A DNA stretch of 64,000 nucleotides from an uncultured Hormoscilla sp. (lineage in GTDB: Bacteria; Cyanobacteriota; Cyanobacteriia; Cyanobacteriales; Desertifilaceae). Numbering within the stretch: position 1 is the stretch's first letter; every line of letters begins with the position of its first letter. The translations under genes and the position numbers were made by a program. The notes below the pieces were generated by a model. The model was not told the DNA's origin, did no database searches, and saw only the letters and a program-made list of their open reading frames with translations. Below, one piece after another: positions 10,286 to 21,776 of the stretch. The DNA lies in contig OZ001293.3 of NCBI GenBank assembly GCA_963921275.4, forward strand, positions 2,752,001 to 2,816,000, read 5' to 3'.

Positions 10286-11212
10286 GTGCGATTCGTTCCG
10301 GCATAAGCCAGTAGGTGAAAGTCGGGTCTGGCTCTATCAGCCAGATAACTCTGGTTATCATGGGGGTTAAATTCCCTTTCCCCAGGTACGGGGGTCGAGG
10401 GTACTACCGGTCGGAGGTGCTACGGAGCCACATCGCCGTGGTGCCTCCCGAGGACTTAAATGTAGGATAACTGGCAGCCTAAGCCGGTGACGCCGCTAGG
10501 AAAGATGCTAATGGTTAGAACAAGCGAACCTATGTAAACCTCGTTAACCAGAACCAGCGGAAGAAGGCTTATGCGCTTGCCCAAAAAGGGAAATGGTAGT
10601 TAGTATTAGCTCTTGCCTCTGGCTAATAACGTACTCAAAGAACTCCCGGGGTATAGTAGGAACCTAAAAGCATCGTGAAATGATACTAGGGAACGAAGTA
10701 ACCTCTCGTGAGCTGTCCCCATTTGGACAAGTTAGATGTAAAGCGCAAGCCACGAAGAAGAAGGATGTCCTAAGAAGCTAACGCCCAGGGTAATGCCTGT
10801 GGATATGCAGACGTAGGACGGATATGGTAAGACACCCTTGGGAAAAGTAACCTTAATGTCACAGAACTAGGGAGAAATTCCGAAAGTACGAATTTTGGAT
10901 TCAAATCTTAGCCAGGTAAAGTTCAGAGCCCTTACGAAAAGCGGAAAGCAGAATGGGGAAGATGTTAGTAAAGAGCGGCGAGTATGGTTTGCTGAACTAT
11001 CCTCCGCGAACCTTCCGCAGCTCAGTACTTAAACGGTCCAATAGGATTGACCATAAGGGGTAAAATTTCAAAGGGTAAGGGACAACGGGGGTAACCCCCA
11101 GTAATCCTACTGATGACAACAGCTTACCAACCAGTAGCCGTGTGCGGTTCCAGTCGCTCTTCAGGTTTCGCTCTTGGAGGGTTGGGGAGTGATTCCCAGC
11201 TCGACCCCGACC
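10286..11212 (+). mobile_element. ORF-less group II intron, copy A (927 nt)
   Basis: Starts GTGCGATTCG; DV-like TAGCCGTGTGCGG..GTCGC; DVI GGGTTGGGGAGTGATTCCCAGCTCGACCCCGACC; no ORF. Confidence 0.9.
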
Positions 11213-11275
11213 ATACTATACGGGTTTCTGGCGATCGCTCAAATTTTAATCTATTTCCTCCGGGTTGACTCCCAT

Positions 11276-12028
11276 TTATAGTAACCGCTGGGCTAATTTT
11301 TCCGCACGTTGGCGTTCGGAAAGGACCTGTTGTTCCAGTGTTTTGATTTGGCCTTGTTCTGCTTTTATTAATTGCTCCACTAGCGGAGGAGCGAGCAGTT
11401 CTTTCACCGATAAAACTAACTGCTCAAACTGACCAGAAACAATTGACATCTCTTCGGTGAAATCTACAAAACTATATCCTTCTTCATTACGAGGATTAGC
11501 AAACACCCGCACCCGTTTCTTTTTTGGGTCTACTACCCAATATTCGGGAATTTCTGCGATTTCGTATTCAGAACGTTTAATCACATAATCATCCCGGGCA
11601 TTACTACTGACAACTTCCACTACCAAAATCGGCTTTTCAGCAAAATCCAAAACTCCAGCACCAGGACGATGAATAACTTGTTCCCAAACTGTTTGGCTAC
11701 AGACTACCACATCGGGAATTCGCAATGAATTTTCTTCCGTTCGGACACCTGTCCCTAAAGAGTTCGCGACTAAATCTAAGTTTTGGTCAGCAAAGTAGCG
11801 CTGGAACTTATAAATCAGAAACTTGCAAATATTGGTATGTAAGTGCGTTGGTGCTGACATGGGTATTAGTTGCCCCCTGAATAATTCATAGAGAACGTCC
11901 GGTTCTCCTTCATATTCAAGATATTCTTGGAAGGTTAACAGATGTTCAATGCTTTGATGTTCAATTTCAGGAGGTTCACCCCGTGCCTGCCCAACCTCCT
12001 CTACCGCTGAAACGACTGCTTGAGTCAT
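11276..12028 (-). CDS. Uma2-family endonuclease (stop 10 codons earlier than its paralogue)
   Basis: RIPDVVV, EVVS, KRSEYE, IPEYWVVDP; TAA where the paralogue has GAA. Confidence 0.88.
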   Translation of the reverse strand: MTQAVVSAVEEVGQARGEPPEIEHQSIEHLLTFQEYLEYEGEPDVLYELFRGQLIPMSAPTHLHTNICKFLIYKFQRYFADQNLDLVANSLGTGVRTEENSLRIPDVVVCSQTVWEQVIHRPGAGVLDFAEKPILVVEVVSSNARDDYVIKRSEYEIAEIPEYWVVDPKKKRVRVFANPRNEEGYSFVDFTEEMSIVSGQFEQLVLSVKELLAPPLVEQLIKAEQGQIKTLEQQVLSERQRAEKLAQRLL

Positions 12029-12250
12029 AATGCTAGACCTCTGGTGCGATCGCGTTCTTTGAATATTTTATCTCATCTCAACTTTCTGTGCTAGTTGATT
12101 TTACTCATTCCCAGGTTCTACCTGGGAACGCACATCCTTCGAGGCTCTGCCTCCCGGGTGTGAGCCGCTATACTGGTAATCATGTCCAGCCAGAGACTGG
12201 AGGCTCCGCCTCTCAATATGCGTTCCCAGCCAGAGACTGGGAAGGAGGTA

Positions 12251-13177
12251 GTGCGATTCGTTCCGGCATAAGCCAGTAGGTGAAAGTCGGGTCTGGCTCT
12301 ATCAGCCAGATAACTCTGGTTATCATGGGGGTTAAATTCCCTTTCCCCAGGTACGGGGGTCGAGGGTACTACCGGTCGGAGGTGCTACGGAGCCACATCG
12401 CCGTGGTGCCTCCCGAGGACTTAAATGTAGGATAACTGGCAGCCTAAGCCGGTGACGCCGCTAGGAAAGATGCTAATGGTTAGAACAAGCGAACCTATGT
12501 AAACCTCGTTAACCAGAACCAGCGGAAGAAGGCTTATGCGCTTGCCCAAAAAGGGAAATGGTAGTTAGTATTAGCTCTTGCCTCTGGCTAATAACGTACT
12601 CAAAGAACTCCCGGGGTATAGTAGGAACCTAAAAGCATCGTGAAATGATACTAGGGAACGAAGTAACCTCTCGTGAGCTGTCCCCATTTGGACAAGTTAG
12701 ATGTAAAGCGCAAGCCACGAAGAAGAAGGATGTCCTAAGAAGCTAACGCCCAGGGTAATGCCTGTGGATATGCAGACGTAGGACGGATATGGTAAGACAC
12801 CCTTGGGAAAAGTAACCTTAATGTCACAGAACTAGGGAGAAATTCCGAAAGTACGAATTTTGGATTCAAATCTTAGCCAGGTAAAGTTCAGAGCCCTTAC
12901 GAAAAGCGGAAAGCAGAATGGGGAAGATGTTAGTAAAGAGCGGCGAGTATGGTTTGCTGAACTATCCTCCGCGAACCTTCCGCAGCTCAGTACTTAAACG
13001 GTCCAATAGGATTGACCATAAGCGGTAAAATTTCAAAGGGTAAGGGACAACGGGGGTAACCCCCAGTAATCCTACTGATGACAACAGCTTAACAACCAGT
13101 AGCCGTGTGCGGTTCCAGTCGCTCTTCAGGTTTCGCTCTTGGAGGGTTGGGGAGTGATTCCCAGCTCGACCCCGACC
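12251..13177 (+). mobile_element. ORF-less group II intron, copy B (927 nt)
   Basis: Only two differences from copy A spotted by eye. Confidence 0.9.
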
Positions 13178-13206
13178 AGTTTCGTCAAGAATGGCTCGCT
13201 CAAATT

Positions 13207-13968
13207 TTAATCAATTTCCTCCGGGTTGACTCCCATTTCTAGTAACCGCTGGGCTAATTTTTCCGCACGTTGGCGTAGGGTTTTGATTTGGTCTTGTTCT
13301 GCTTTTATTAATTGCTCCTCCGCTAGTGGAGCAAGCAGTTCTTTCACCGATAAAACCAACTGCTCAAACTGACCGGAAATAATTGATTGCTTTGCGGTGA
13401 AATCTACAAAGCTATATCCTTCTACCCTGCTAGGATTAGCAAACACCCGCACTCGTTTATTTTTGGGGTCTACTATCCAATATTCGGGAATTTCTGCGAT
13501 TTCGTATTCAGAACGTTTAATCACATAATCATCCCGGGCGTTACTACTGGTAACTTCCACTACCAAAATCGGCTTTTCAGCAAAGTCTAAAACTCCCGCA
13601 CCATCACGATGCAGAACTTGTGCCCAAACCGCTTGGCTACAGACTACCACATCTGGAATTCGGGATGAATTTTCTTCCGTGCGGACACCGGTCGCTAAGG
13701 AGTTCGCGACTAAATCCAAGTTTTGGTCAGCAAAATAGCGCTGGAGCTTATAAATCAGAAACTTGCAAATATTGGTATGTAAGTGCATTGCTGCTGACAT
13801 AGGTATTAGTTGCCCCCTGAATAATTCATAGAGAACGTCTGGTTCTCCTTCATATTCAAGATATTCTTGGAAGGTTAACAGATGTTCGACTGTTTGATCT
13901 TCAATTTCAGGAGGTTCACCCCGTGCCTGCCCAACTTCCTCTACCGCTGAAACAACTGCTTGAGTCAT
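13207..13968 (-). CDS. Uma2-family endonuclease
   Basis: Paralogue of 11276..12028; typical RAEKLAQRLLEMGVNPE tail. Confidence 0.9.
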   Translation of the reverse strand: MTQAVVSAVEEVGQARGEPPEIEDQTVEHLLTFQEYLEYEGEPDVLYELFRGQLIPMSAAMHLHTNICKFLIYKLQRYFADQNLDLVANSLATGVRTEENSSRIPDVVVCSQAVWAQVLHRDGAGVLDFAEKPILVVEVTSSNARDDYVIKRSEYEIAEIPEYWIVDPKNKRVRVFANPSRVEGYSFVDFTAKQSIISGQFEQLVLSVKELLAPLAEEQLIKAEQDQIKTLRQRAEKLAQRLLEMGVNPEEID

Positions 13969-14355
13969 AATGCTAAACCTCTGGTGCGATCGCGTTCTTT
14001 GACTATTTTATCTCATCTCAACTTTCTGTGCTGGTTGATTCGCCCCCGATGTTTATGCGGGCCCTAGGAATGTGCAGAACTTGACTTGCGCCGGTCAAAC
14101 CTATGACTCCGGCGGAGCTGCACGCGAAATCGCGCATCACCGAAGCTGTTCTGGATCGCGGCTCTGGGGCTGCCAGTCTTTCCCAGAGGCTCCAGATACT
14201 TTATTGCAAATATTTATTATTAAAAAATAAAATAATCATTAAATTTTGATTCCTCCTTACCAGGCTCTGCCTGGTAAGGAAAAACAGAGGCAGAGCCTCT
14301 TGTAGCTTGTAGCAACTGAGGCCAGATGTGAATTAAAATAAATTATCAGCTATAA

Positions 14356-16506
14356 TTGATAAATCTTATGAATAAGGGTAGAAAGACTCAGATGATCGCA
14401 AAAGTGCTGGCATTATGGAATGCTGTAACTAAGGCTAAATTCAGTTGGAGAAGTTACGTCCCTGTGTGGCTGAGCCTGATGGTAGGGATAGGACTGTCTA
14501 CAGTGGCCTCGGGAATAGTCTGGAAGTGGGAGTTAGCGAAAACCCAGCAGCAATTCGATCGGCGGGCAGATAATCTCGCCTTTGCTTTGCAGCAGAATAT
14601 AGACGAATATGTGCAACTCACCCAGGCTCTTGGGGCTTTTTACGATGCCGCCGATCGGGTCAGCAGAGCAGATTTTACCGAGTTCTCCCAACCCTTTTTG
14701 CCTCGCTATCCCGGGATCTTGGCCTTATGTTGGGCGCAGCGGGTTCTAGCTTCAGAACGATAAGCTTACGCCGAATCAATGGTCGCACAAGGATTTCGTC
14801 AATTCAACATCTGGGAGAGAAATGCCGATCGAAAAGCGATCGCGGCGAGTGAGCGTGCCGAATATCTTCCCAGTACCTATATCGAGTCACAAGAGCCGTT
14901 CAAACAGGCGATCTGCTTCGATCATAACTCGGTACCAAAGCGTCGGGTAGCCTTAGAGAAGGCGCGAGAAACTAGCGTGATGGTTTCTACACAGCAGGTT
15001 CCCTTAGAGCATAAGGTCGAATCAGGCTTTCTGATGTACCGACCCGTTTACCGACCCCCTTACCGTCAAGAGAGCGAGTTTTTTCAGGGAGTGGTTTACA
15101 TAGTTTACCAGATTGAAGGGTTAATCCGGGCATCAATTGGAGGATTGAACATCAAACACCTTGACTTTTACCTGTTTGACATGCCTGTCGATCAACTTGA
15201 ATCTGCCCTCAGCAAAGAATCAGTTAATGTAAATCAGGGCTTTCTGGTGTTTTACGACTCCAAACAGCGGCAGTTAGTAGAAGATCGGCAGCAGGCAGAA
15301 ATAGCCCAGCTAAATGCTTCGTCCGGGAGATCGCGCAAAAACTGTCTTGATAGTGATTGGACAGTCTGTATCCGCACCCTTAATGTCGCCGATCGAGAAT
15401 GGTCACTGTTAATTCTGCCGACATCGGACTTTGCTGAGAAACCTTGGACAGCAGTTGCGGCTCTAGCGATCGGGTTACTCTTGACTAGCATTCTCGCGCT
15501 ATACCTGGGGATGTCAATTAGACGGGGGACTCAAACCCAACAGTTACTCGCTTCTTTAGAAAAGACCAATGTGGCCTTACAGCAATCTGATACTGAGTTG
15601 AGGTCACAAAAAACGCAGCTAGAACAAGCCTTTCGTCAGCTGCAACAAACCCAAGCGCAACTGGTTCAGACAGAAAAAATGTCTAGCCTAGGCCAACTGG
15701 TAGCAGGAGTAGCTCACGAAATTAATAACCCCGTCAGCTTTATCTACGGTAATATTAGTTTTGCCCAGGAGTACACGCGCAAGTTGCTGGAGATGGTGAA
15801 GCTTTACGATCGGCATTGTCAAGATCACCATCCGTCGATTAAAGAGTTAGCAGAGGCGATCGATCTAGATTTTCTGCTACAAGACTTTCCCGATATGCTA
15901 TTTTCAATTCAAATCGGCGCTGAACGACTGCGAGAAATAGTTAATTCTCTGCGCAACTTCTCCCGCAAAGACGAAGCTGAGGTGAAAGCAGTTGATATTC
16001 ACGAGGGGATAGAAAGTACCCTGATGATCCTGCAAAATCGGCTGAAAGCAACAACGGGAGGCATCGCCCTAATTAAAGAATACGGCAACTTGCCCCCGAT
16101 CGAGTGCTATGCCGGACAGCTGAATCAGGTTTTTATGAACATTATCAGCAATGCGATCGATGCCCTGGAAGAGGTATTTTCAGGCAGATCCAGTTCCCGA
16201 GGGAAAGATTGGACTCCATCAGAAATCCCGACAATTCAGATTCGGACTGAAGTGGTAAAATCAGACCAGATCGCAATTAAAATTGCTGATAATGGACCAG
16301 GAATGCCCGATGAAGTGAAAGAAAAAATCCTCGACCCCTTCTTTACTACTAAACCTGTGGGCAAAGGTACAGGTTTGGGGTTGTCTATTAGCTACCAGAT
16401 CGTCACCGAAAAACATCAAGGTAGCTTGCAATGTATCTCAGCACCAGGTCAAGGAACCGAGTTTTTGATTCAAATTCCTGTCAGTCAAACTATAGAGAAA
16501 GTTTAG
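14356..16506 (+). pseudogene. CHASE-domain sensor histidine kinase with one in-frame stop at 14761-14763
   Basis: The two ORFs are in the same frame; TM-CHASE-TM, H-box AHEINNP, DNGPG, GTGLGL. Confidence 0.85.
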
Positions 16507-16680
16507 CAGAATACGGGCGGGAGATCGGGGACCCAGTTCCTCGTTCCCAGGGTCTCCCTGGGAATGAGTCGTCTGAGGCTCTGCCCCTTGTGAGTGAGTT
16601 AGCTAGTCCAGGAGGCAGAGCCTCAACCGGGCGTGACCAAGGGCGAGGGGTTTGTCTTATGAAGTGCATCATGGCAAGCA

Positions 16681-16719
16681 CAAAGAAACCCGGTTTTTCC
16701 GAAAAACCGGGTTTCTTTG
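16681..16719. terminator. Palindromic hairpin between convergent genes
   Basis: CAAAGAAACCCGGTTTTTCCGAAAAACCGGGTTTCTTTG. Confidence 0.55.
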
Positions 16720-16757
16720 TCATTGTGTGGGTTTATTGACAACAACGAAAGATGTGA

Positions 16758-18473
16758 TTAGAACTTAAACGTCGTCCGGATAGTGCCGACATAGATAGTG
16801 TCGTTATCCTCGTTGTGCTCTGGATTAAGAATCACATACAGGCCAGGGGTAATGGCAATATTGTCATTGAGCTGAATGCGATATAAACCCTGGATCTGAA
16901 GAGAAGTACCATCATCACCTCTGTTATCATCTCTCCTGGCCCCACTGACAACTTTCGGCAGCATCCCTACCTGGATCGCTCCCAGGTTACCTTCCGCGAA
17001 CAAATCTGGTAAAGCCAAGGTTCCTGCCCAGTTATAAATCGCAGAATGCCTATCATTATCGCCTTCTTCAATCACGTCTGCCCAACCGAACCAACCGGAA
17101 AGAATCAACCCACGACCCAAGCGAATTTGCGTTGTCGCTCCCATGACGTTAGCTGAGGTGTCCTCCCCAGTATAGGGGTTCGTAGCATTAGCACTACCTG
17201 TGCTACCAGTCAGGTTAGCTTGATCAGTCCAGTACGCCCGTGCATAGCTTAAACCCAGCTTGAAGGCATCACCGTTGAAAGTCAGCTGGCCCATTGCACT
17301 ATGGCTGCCATTGAACAGTCCCTCTCCATCTGAGGGGCTGCTGCTATTATCAGTCAGATAAGAGCCAGTGATCTTGAACCGTTCGCCCAAATTAACTTCA
17401 ACAGCGGCCCCTGCTCCCCCAGGTACCCGATAAATTGGGTTGAAGCGTCCAAAGCGCGAAAGAGAGCCGCTGTTACTGCTTTCTAAGGGGCTCAAGGACG
17501 GGTGAAAATCGTCCTGATCGTATCCTGCTGCGGCTAGCCAGAAAACCAGACTTTCGTTGGCCACTGGTAAACGGTAACCCAGTTTACTCAGTTCAAAAGT
17601 ACTTTCTGTGTCCGTTGCAAACCCGAGGCGACTCATCTCAGTACCAGTAACATCCTCCCCAAAATTATTGATGTTTCCGGCTTCCAAACGGGTTAGCAGG
17701 GAGCTTCCTCCTGTAAAAGTAGTCAGAAAATTGAGACGCGCCCGGGCTGACAAGGTCCAGATTTCATTAACCCCGTCATCGCCAAATACTCCACCAGTAT
17801 TGATAATGACCTCACCCCTCAGCTTAGAAGTAGTAGAGAACAGATTAGCCTCCAGTTCAGCAGTGCGGGCTTCCAGGGCATCTACGCGACCCCGCAGGGT
17901 AGCCAGTTCAGCAGCAAATTCTTCTTGCAGCCGTTGCAGGGTAGCTAAGTCGGCCCTGGTGATGGTGCTAGCTGTAGCCGCAGCAATCAGTTCGTTGATC
18001 CGGTCCAAACAAGCATTCAAACCAGCGGCAAACTCAAACCGAGTCAGGACCCGATTACCGCGATAGGTGCCATCGGGATAACCAGCGATACAACCATAGC
18101 GTTCTACCAGGGACTGCAAAGCTTGGAATGCCCAGTCTGTGGGGCGTACATCCCGCAGTTGAGACACGGAGGTGACCTGTTCCATCAGGTCACGGCCGGG
18201 ATTAGTTTCATTGCTGTAACGTTGAATTTGTTCCAGCGGCGTTACATCAGTCGGTGCTACTTCCGGGACTGCTTGTACCACTATGACTGGGGTGACAATT
18301 GCTTCAATCGTTGGATCGGTCTGGGTGGGGGCAGCTATTGACTGCGCTGCTGCTTCTGTCGGATTCCCCTCCTCACCGGCTGCTGCTTGAGCCTGATTAG
18401 AAGAGAAGACTAAAGTCGCTCCTAATAATGCTGGGGTGACCAACAGTGAATTCCACAGAACCTTATTGTTCAT
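16758..18473 (-). CDS. SLH-domain cyanobacterial porin (iron-uptake porin family)
   Basis: Signal peptide, QVTSVSQLRDV.PTDWAFQAL SLH, coiled coil, C-terminal RTTFKF. Confidence 0.93.
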   Translation of the reverse strand: MNNKVLWNSLLVTPALLGATLVFSSNQAQAAAGEEGNPTEAAAQSIAAPTQTDPTIEAIVTPVIVVQAVPEVAPTDVTPLEQIQRYSNETNPGRDLMEQVTSVSQLRDVRPTDWAFQALQSLVERYGCIAGYPDGTYRGNRVLTRFEFAAGLNACLDRINELIAAATASTITRADLATLQRLQEEFAAELATLRGRVDALEARTAELEANLFSTTSKLRGEVIINTGGVFGDDGVNEIWTLSARARLNFLTTFTGGSSLLTRLEAGNINNFGEDVTGTEMSRLGFATDTESTFELSKLGYRLPVANESLVFWLAAAGYDQDDFHPSLSPLESSNSGSLSRFGRFNPIYRVPGGAGAAVEVNLGERFKITGSYLTDNSSSPSDGEGLFNGSHSAMGQLTFNGDAFKLGLSYARAYWTDQANLTGSTGSANATNPYTGEDTSANVMGATTQIRLGRGLILSGWFGWADVIEEGDNDRHSAIYNWAGTLALPDLFAEGNLGAIQVGMLPKVVSGARRDDNRGDDGTSLQIQGLYRIQLNDNIAITPGLYVILNPEHNEDNDTIYVGTIRTTFKF

Positions 18474-19691
18474 TTATCTCTCCTCACACCTGGGATACCT
18501 TGACTTTAAGGCTAAACGAGAACTAACTAACAGAGATTATATCTCAAGGAAAAGATTTTGGGTAATGGAAAATTGGGCAGTTACCAGTAGGGTGGGCATT
18601 GCCCACCAGGTGCCAGTAGGGTGGGCAATTCCTAGGCTGTTTATTTTGGGTCTTTTTAGGACCCGATCGAGCACTCCGGATCCTACGATGGCGCTCACGC
18701 CTATAATTCATATATAGCAAGCGATCCAGGGTCTCATCACCTTACACAAAAAGTGCATGAAGTTTTTTCCACTGGCCTAGAACAAAGTGAACAGCCTAGG
18801 CAATGCCCACCAGGTGCCAGTAGGGCACCATCCATTGCTAGCCCTGTAAAGTTGTAGGATAACAAATTTTCTTGGCAGTTGACAATGAGTATTTTTAATA
18901 GATTGGATAAGTTGAGCAATATGGAGCTTTCATTGGGTCTGATGAATGCGATCGCCTACCAGTGAACAGTTATCACGTACCAGGCCCACCACGGATCAGT
19001 GAACAGTTATCACGTACCAGGCCCACCACGTATCAGTGAACAGTTATCAGTGAACAATTACCAGTGGTCGGGTATTGCTAATCCTGAAAGCTGTAGGATA
19101 ACGATCGAGTGCCAGTTACCAGGGACGTTTTGGACGTGCGGTTCCCCTCCCTTTCGCAAGGGGAAGGGGGGACATCGTACTCGCACTACCCAGGAGACAT
19201 CGTAACCGCACTACCCAGGCCGTGTCTCCTGGGAGCTTGATGTCCCCCGGACGCACTTCGATGCCTTCGGGATGCTTCGCAAAAACCCCTCAGGCATCGT
19301 CGAAACCCGGGGGACATCATAATCGCACTACCCAGGAGACACGGCGGAGACACCGCCCGTTCCTTAAAGCTAAACGACAGAGCTACCGGCTGACGCTCAC
19401 CTATAGGTGTCATGACCCCCCTCGCCCTAACGTAGGTCAATACCATGACCTGCATCTTGCATCTTCCCGATAGCGCTGCGCTGGGGGCGCAGCCATAGGA
19501 GATAATTCCAACCGAGGCCGGAAATTACCGGATTTTATGCAAGAGTTAGTAGTGACAGTTATAGCAGTTGCTCTTATTAGTGTGATCTGCAGAAAATCGC
19601 TGAAACACTTATGCTGTCTGCATTTGGTCGTACCACATAAATTTGAGAAACGCCATACCAATCGACCGATCGCCAATCGACAATTATCATA

Positions 19692-20744
19692 TCACTTCCA
19701 GCCAGCCCGGTCCATAATTTTCAGGGCTGCTGCATTGTTTTTCCCGAATACGTCGGGGTTGAGGGGGTCGGCTTTGAACTCGCCATAGCTAGCGAGGACT
19801 GGGTCTATGGACACGCCAGTCACTACAGGATATTCGTTGTTGCCCTCAGCGAAGAATTCTTGAGCCTGACGACTGACCAGATGCTCCAAAAATGCGATCG
19901 CGGCTTCTTTATTGGGAGCATTTTTGATGACGCCGCCGCCGCTGACGTTAACATGGGTGCCGCGACCGTTAGGACCAGTTTGGTTGGGGAAGAATACCCC
20001 GATCTTATCTATCACTTCCTTGTCTGCCAGTTTATTTGATTTGGCCAGACGGGCGACGTAGTAGGAGTTGGCGATCGCGATATCACCGACTCCTGCGGCA
20101 CAAGCTCTAATTTGGGCCGTATCATTGCCTTCGGGCTCACCGGCGAAGTTAGCGACCATACCCCGGGCCCATGCCTCTGTCAGGTCTGGGCCATGGGCTG
20201 CCAGCAGGGAGCCCACCAGGGACTGATTATAGATATTGCTGGAACTGCGGATGAGGATTTTGCTTCGCCATTTAGGATTCATGAGATCCTCATAGGTGGA
20301 CAGTTCCCAGGGCTTAACTCTGTCTTTACGGTACAGGATCACTCGCGCCCGCCGAGAGAAAGCATACCAAGTGCCGTCCGGGTCGCGCAGATCGGCATGG
20401 ATCAGGGAGTTCAGATTTGGTGAATAGATAGGTTGGAGGATCCCTGATTCCTTGGCCCGCCAGAGACGGCCCCCATCAACGGTCAGTAAGATGTCAGCTT
20501 GACTATTGCGACCCTCGCTTTTGACCCGTTCGATCAATTGGTCAGCTTTACCTTCCACCAGATTTACCTTGATACCGGTCTCTCTGGTAAAGCTGTTGTA
20601 CAACTCATCATCAGTATTGTAATGGCGAGAGGAGTAGAGGTTGAGGGGGCGGTTCTGGGCTATTGTTGGGGCCAAGCGAGGCAATTGTCCTGCGGCCACT
20701 GCTGCTGCTGCCGTACCCGCAGCCATAAAAACTCGTCTTTTCAT
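19692..20744 (-). CDS. futA: Fe3+ ABC transporter substrate-binding protein
   Basis: Tat-like [23 protein letters not shown] motifs. Confidence 0.93.
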   Translation of the reverse strand: MKRRVFMAAGTAAAAVAAGQLPRLAPTIAQNRPLNLYSSRHYNTDDELYNSFTRETGIKVNLVEGKADQLIERVKSEGRNSQADILLTVDGGRLWRAKESGILQPIYSPNLNSLIHADLRDPDGTWYAFSRRARVILYRKDRVKPWELSTYEDLMNPKWRSKILIRSSSNIYNQSLVGSLLAAHGPDLTEAWARGMVANFAGEPEGNDTAQIRACAAGVGDIAIANSYYVARLAKSNKLADKEVIDKIGVFFPNQTGPNGRGTHVNVSGGGVIKNAPNKEAAIAFLEHLVSRQAQEFFAEGNNEYPVVTGVSIDPVLASYGEFKADPLNPDVFGKNNAAALKIMDRAGWK

Positions 20745-21178
20745 CTTCTTTCTTGTCGATCCTGATTGTTATCACCGGTCCTATTTAGACTCTTAGCTGG
20801 CTAATAGCCGATCGCGCAGCGCGGCGCCAGCCGTGCGCTTACAGTTGAAAGCTATTATAACTACTAATGAGATTTATTGTTGATTAAATTTTTCAATTGA
20901 TTTTATCGTAACCCACTTGGATGACATAAAATCCATGGGCACGGGTTAATATGTCGCTGTTCCCAGGATTGATCTGCTGCCGTGCCCCTAAATCTGCTTG
21001 ATAAATAATCTTAACTCTAGCAGATATCATGTAGTATAGCTATGAATATTGAGCAAGTACAACGCTCTAGAGCGCCGGTCAAGAAACCGGGTTTCTCTGG
21101 TAAAAGCATTGATAGATCCTTGATAGCTGGACAAGAAACTCGGTTTCTAGCTTCTACACTTGACCGATGCTCTAGGTC

Positions 21179-21574
21179 TTAGGGCCGGTGAGGAGACAGG
21201 GCGAGGGCAATTAAATGTTCAATTTTCTTAATATTTGGATCGCCAGCTAAGTAACCAATGCCGCGATGGAGGTGGAGGCGAAATTGGGTAGCAAGGGTTT
21301 CTTTGTCTTGGCCTAAACCATCATTGTGGCAGCGTTGCTTGAGAGCAATGAGGAGGATATCGGACATTTCGCCGCCAAAGACGCGCCAAGTCAGTTCCAC
21401 ATTACTATCGGCGGGGATGGGGACCGATGAGGGGATACTTGGTTCTGCCAGGGAACGACAGAATGCCCAGCGACAAAGAATGTTCCACTGGTCGATTTTA
21501 GTATTGCGTTTGAGTTGAGTCAGTTGATTCTTGGCAGTTTGGGACAGACGAATTCTATCTATTGGTAATTCCAT
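21179..21574 (-). CDS. dndE: DNA sulfur modification protein DndE
   Basis: IRLSQTAKNQL..LKR.T.I..WNILCRWAFC.SL, FRLHLHRGIGYL; downstream of dndD. Confidence 0.92.
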   Translation of the reverse strand: MELPIDRIRLSQTAKNQLTQLKRNTKIDQWNILCRWAFCRSLAEPSIPSSVPIPADSNVELTWRVFGGEMSDILLIALKQRCHNDGLGQDKETLATQFRLHLHRGIGYLAGDPNIKKIEHLIALALSPHRP

Positions 21575-21776
21575 AGTTCGTGAATGGTGAATGGTGAATG
21601 GTGAATGGCGATCCCCCTCGTCCCCTAGTTGCTAGTTTCCCTCGTCCCCCTCGTTGCTAGTTAAAAACTAGCAACGTTTTCCCTTCGAGGCGGATGCCTC
21701 CTGTCGGGACGATCGGGAGGCTCTGCCTCATCCAGTCCTTCCCTGCCAGAGTCAGGGAACGAGATAATAACGGACT

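Noticed and set aside
11276..13968. Uma2 paralogues as DGR target and template
   Set aside because: Differences are spread across the genes and are not adenine-specific
18474..18492. Porin leader GAGGAGA as a target of the sRNA seeds
   Set aside because: A 7-nt match to a Shine-Dalgarno-like sequence is too unspecific without energy calculation
18960..19500. Small ORFs between the porin and futA
   Set aside because: Composed of stacked short repeats with no recognisable protein
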